Shown: piece after piece, positions 61,645-64,000 of the stretch | Numbering within the stretch: position 1 is the first letter of the stretch | Layout of the letters: each line of letters starts with the position of its first letter | IMG/VR virus record: IMGVR_UViG_3300045988_141143 | From: a virus | Direction: 5' to 3' (one strand) | DNA length: 64,000 nt | The notes under the pieces: model-generated | What the model was told of the DNA's origin: nothing | Database searches by the model: none | Seen by the model: only the letters and a program-made list of their open reading frames with translations | Program-made: the position numbers and the translations under genes

Positions 61645-61789
61645 ACTCTATCAATATTTTCGGTTTATCCACGTCGTGACCTTTACCTCCCCCGGCTATG
61701 CACAAGGCTATGCCGCGCGGCGACACGATGATGCCGTTCTGCGAGGGGCTGTAGGAGCCGAGGATGATGGGGCGAGGGTTGTTATTCAT
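61637..61789 (-). CDS. Mini-cistron e (50 aa), HhaI-type TRD-like
   Basis: Translated by hand: MNNNPRPIILGSYSPSQNGIIVSPRGIALCIAGGGKGHDVDKPKILIEYD*. Compare M.HhaI QGERIYSTRGIAITLSAYGGGIFAKTGGYLV. Confidence 0.5.
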   Translation of the reverse strand: MNNNPRPIILGSYSPSQNGIIVSPRGIALCIAGGGKGHDVDKPKILIEYD

Positions 61790-61928
61790 ATATTACAATT
61801 ACGCCAGTGGCTTTGAAATTTGCTCCTTGGGTTGAAACGTCAAGAACATCGTATGCACCCTTCTTGAAATAATTGGCTTTGATAGTGCGTGATGTGCCAT
61901 CGGATTCGGTGTTGAAAGGGAATGTCAT
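61782..61928 (-). CDS. Mini-cistron g (48 aa), TRD-like
   Basis: Translated by hand: MTFPFNTESDGTSRTIKANYFKKGAYDVLDVSTQGANFKATGVIVIYE*. ATGA overlap with mini-cistron f. Confidence 0.4.
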   Translation of the reverse strand: MTFPFNTESDGTSRTIKANYFKKGAYDVLDVSTQGANFKATGVIVIYE

Positions 61929-62066
61929 AATTCTACTGCTACAAAGAACACGTCGCTGCAATCGGTGCGCGACATGATAGTTACTGCTATACCGTGAAAT
62001 GCTCCGTTGAAGCGTTCTGCGCTGAACATCGAGGCAGGGCAGGTGAGCAAACTACCCCCCAATCAT
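61925..62066 (-). CDS. Mini-cistron f (about 46 aa), TRD-like, with a G6 tract after the ATG
   Basis: ATGATTGGGGGGTAG: the ATG frame stops after the G6 run (62055-62060). The frame from the TTG at 62062 reads LGGSLLTCPASMFSAERFNGAFHGIAVTIMSRTDCSDVFFVAVEL*. G5 or G8 would put the ATG in frame. Confidence 0.4.
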
Positions 62067-62103
62067 ATCAGCTATGATACGGATTACACGGTCGGGTGGA
62101 TTA

Positions 62104-63419
62104 TCAGTTCTCATTCTTCCTCTCCATATTCTCCTTGAACATTTCTCCGAAACCATCCCAATAATGAGCGTCCATCCATTCGGGCGAGGATAAAAACTGC
62201 TCATACATCATTGTCGCAGGTATCGTCCGTAGGTATTTCTCGCAAGCCTTAACGTCTTTGTCCCACAAATCCATCCGCTCCATTTCTATCTGAAAATACG
62301 TCTTGAGGAACATTGCCGCCTCATGTGTCGGTGGCAGGTCGAATTGAAGGAATAAGGCATTGTCGGAGTCGTTTGCCTTGAGGAACTTGCTCACGGCATC
62401 GTCCTTGAGGAAATAGCGGTCAGACACTTCCTCTTCGAGCACGTCTTCCAATCGGGTAAGCAGCTCGAAAGGTTCTGGGAACTGATAGTCGAATGCCACG
62501 TCTCGGCGCATGGAGAGGCAGAACACACGGTCGCGGTTTTGTGGCACACCGTAGTTCTTGGCGTTGAGTCGCGTCCAACGGCTCACATAGCCGAGCGACG
62601 AGAGTTTGTCGAGCCACTTCTGAAAGTCTGGCAAGAACTTCTGGCTTACCAGTGCCGCCACGTTCTCCTGCAAGAGATACTTCGGGCGAAGCACCTCCAC
62701 AGCATCCGCCACACGCCAAAGCAGTGCGCTTCGGGTGTCGCTGCCCTCCTGCAAGCCCATTTGCTTGCCCGCCTGACTGATGTCCTGGCAAGGCGAGGAA
62801 TAGGTGAAGAGGTCTACTTCGCGGCCTTCGAGCGAGCTTTCCACCTCGTGCCAGTCAATCTTGGTGATGTCGCCCAGGGCGCAGTCGGCAAACTGAGGGA
62901 AGACGAGGTTGTGCATCTGACAGGCGTATTTGTCGATGTCGCTCCATCCTATACATGTCCATCGGAAGTCGGGATGCCACTCGCGGAGCACATCGGCTGC
63001 CATAAGCTGCGAGTCGTAGCCGAAGAACGTGGTAAGGAATATCTTCTCCTCGTTCTTGTTGGCTGCGGTGGGCGGCAGGGCGGGTAATGTGTCTTCGAGG
63101 TCGTCGAAGAGCGAGAGTTGCTTTTGCTTACGAGGTTTGGGCGTAGGATAGAAAAGTTGCTCGTAGATGTGGGCCAACACGTCCACCACGATGCTGTTTC
63201 CGGCTTGCTTGTACTGCTGTGAGGCAGATATAGCCATGTCTTCGGGCTTGCCCTTGCCTTTCCAGTCGGGCAGACGTTCGGCTGCTTGAGCATTGCTGCT
63301 CTGCATCGTGCCGATTACATTGTCACGAACGCCATCAGACGAAAACACTCCTTGGGTGTGAGCTTGCGGATGGCATAGCTCTTGATGGTGCGGTCGGTGA
63401 AATTGAGTTTTGTAATCAT
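62104..63419 (-). CDS. C5-cytosine DNA methyltransferase core, circularly permuted (motifs IX-X-I-IV-VI-VIII), one frame break as assembled
   Basis: AIRKLTPKECFRLMG (IX), QYKQAGNSIVVDVL (X), FLTTFFGYDSQ (I-like), FTYSSPCQDIS (IV), LLQENV (VI), GVPQNRDRVF (VIII). The 34-codon ORF from the ATG at 63419 joins ORF 62104..63348 if one base is added near 63330-63335. Confidence 0.8.
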
Positions 63420-63432
63420 ATTGTTGCTGTTA

Positions 63433-63585
63433 TTATTCGTATTCTATTAAAATTCCTGGAGCATGATTATCTGCCTTGACGCATCTATTTATTCCTTCTA
63501 ACGGAGGTCTTTTATAGTCAGGCGAAACATTCCAATAAATGCTCGATATTGCATGAGCGTGATAGTCTATTGTGATGTTATTCAT
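63433..63585 (-). CDS. Mini-cistron 3 (50 aa), TRD-like
   Basis: Translated by hand: MNNITIDYHAHAISSIYWNVSPDYKRPPLEGINRCVKADNHAPGILIEYE*. Ends 13 nt before the MTase core ATG. Confidence 0.4.
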   Translation of the reverse strand: MNNITIDYHAHAISSIYWNVSPDYKRPPLEGINRCVKADNHAPGILIEYE

Positions 63586-63709
63586 ATTCTTCAATCAAAA
63601 ATACATTTTGCTGCCACGAGTTGATTGTTACGGTCGGGCAAACGTCTGTACCTAATCGACCTCCATCGTTATTGCCACGAGGATATTGGTAGAAGTCAAG
63701 ATTAATCAT
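63578..63709 (-). CDS. Mini-cistron 2 (43 aa), TRD-like
   Basis: Translated by hand: MINLDFYQYPRGNNDGGRLGTDVCPTVTINSWQQNVFLIEEYE*. Bracketed by 19-nt identical direct repeats. Confidence 0.45.
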   Translation of the reverse strand: MINLDFYQYPRGNNDGGRLGTDVCPTVTINSWQQNVFLIEEYE

Positions 63710-63718
63710 ATTCTTCAA

Positions 63719-63976
63719 TCAAAAGAACGCTTCAGATTGCAAGTCGCCAATATAACAATAACGCTGCACTTCGTATTCGCTGATAAACATTCGCCAATTC
63801 TGTTCGTCATGATCGAAATGTTCATGTACGAAGCATGTACCACCGAGTCGCCAACAGAGAAGCGATCCTATGCAATGCGGTTGTTCTCTGGCTGGATGCC
63901 ATAACTGAACGATATTACGATATTCGGCTCTTTTATCCGTTTCTACATCGTCAGACAAGGAATCCTTAAAGCTCAC
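63719..63976 (-). CDS. Hypothetical protein (about 85 aa)
   Basis: ORF track entry. The start is uncertain. Confidence 0.35.
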   Translation of the reverse strand: MSFKDSLSDDVETDKRAEYRNIVQLWHPAREQPHCIGSLLCWRLGGTCFVHEHFDHDEQNWRMFISEYEVQRYCYIGDLQSEAFF

Positions 63977-64000
63977 GCCTTTTTTATCGGAATCGACAAA

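Noticed and set aside
1-64000. Alternative genetic code (stop-codon reassignment), as seen in some gut phages, prompted by in-frame TAA/TAG codons at 5463, 61126 and 62052.
   Set aside because: Long genes (1983, 937, 880, 771, 664 aa) are intact under the standard code. TAA, TAG and TGA all terminate well-supported genes at sensible positions.
1-64000. Diversity-generating retroelement targeting the tail fibres.
   Set aside because: No reverse transcriptase ORF was found. I found no ~100-bp template/variable repeat pair matching a fibre gene 3' end.
1-64000. Integrase, transposase, attachment sites, tRNA or rRNA genes.
   Set aside because: No ORF shows tyrosine/serine recombinase or DDE motifs. 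No cloverleaf-compatible sequence with a GTTCGAATC-type T-arm was seen. The hairpin at 3870-3899 is a simple stem-loop, not a tRNA.

Overview
The window reads as one nearly gene-saturated tailed-phage or prophage segment with Bacteroidota-style signals: recurrent TAnnTTTG -7 promoter boxes, a glycine-tailed HU-like protein and lipobox lipoproteins. Layout: (i) 1-4.8 kb is an accessory or immunity-like module with three XRE-type HTH genes, a hicA/hicB pair, a lipoprotein and membrane proteins. (ii) 4.9-49.9 kb is one long minus-strand block. It holds tail fibres, giant baseplate-like proteins, a portal candidate, a head protease-scaffold, a capsid candidate, a GH108 endolysin, nucleotide-metabolism genes, a VirE-like replication gene, a 1983-aa tape measure and a holin-family gene. 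This block is interrupted by apparent cargo: a ketoacyl synthase + ACP pair, an SPFH lipoprotein, a LysR regulator and a beta-class DNA MTase. (iii) 50.1-55.6 kb is a plus-strand packaging block with a PAPS-reductase-like gene, an NPPY MTase and the large terminase. (iv) 55.7-64 kb is a minus-strand block of small early-type genes. No rRNA, tRNA, CRISPR array, integrase or transposase could be supported. The most unusual items follow. (a) A circularly permuted C5-cytosine MTase core lacks its own target-recognition domain (TRD) and is surrounded by nine 43-60 codon mini-cistrons that each look like a TRD, linked by a conserved stop/start junction. (b) A complete condensing enzyme and an acyl carrier protein are translationally coupled inside the tail/baseplate operon. 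(c) There are several strictly periodic repeat arrays (22-bp, 31-bp) and a 0.9-kb iteron-rich gap next to the replication gene. Caveat: five reading frames are each restored by adding exactly one base, mostly in G or A runs. Homopolymer under-calling in the assembly must be excluded before any frameshift, phase-variation or pseudogene biology is claimed. All functional calls come from motif reading by eye; no database search was run.
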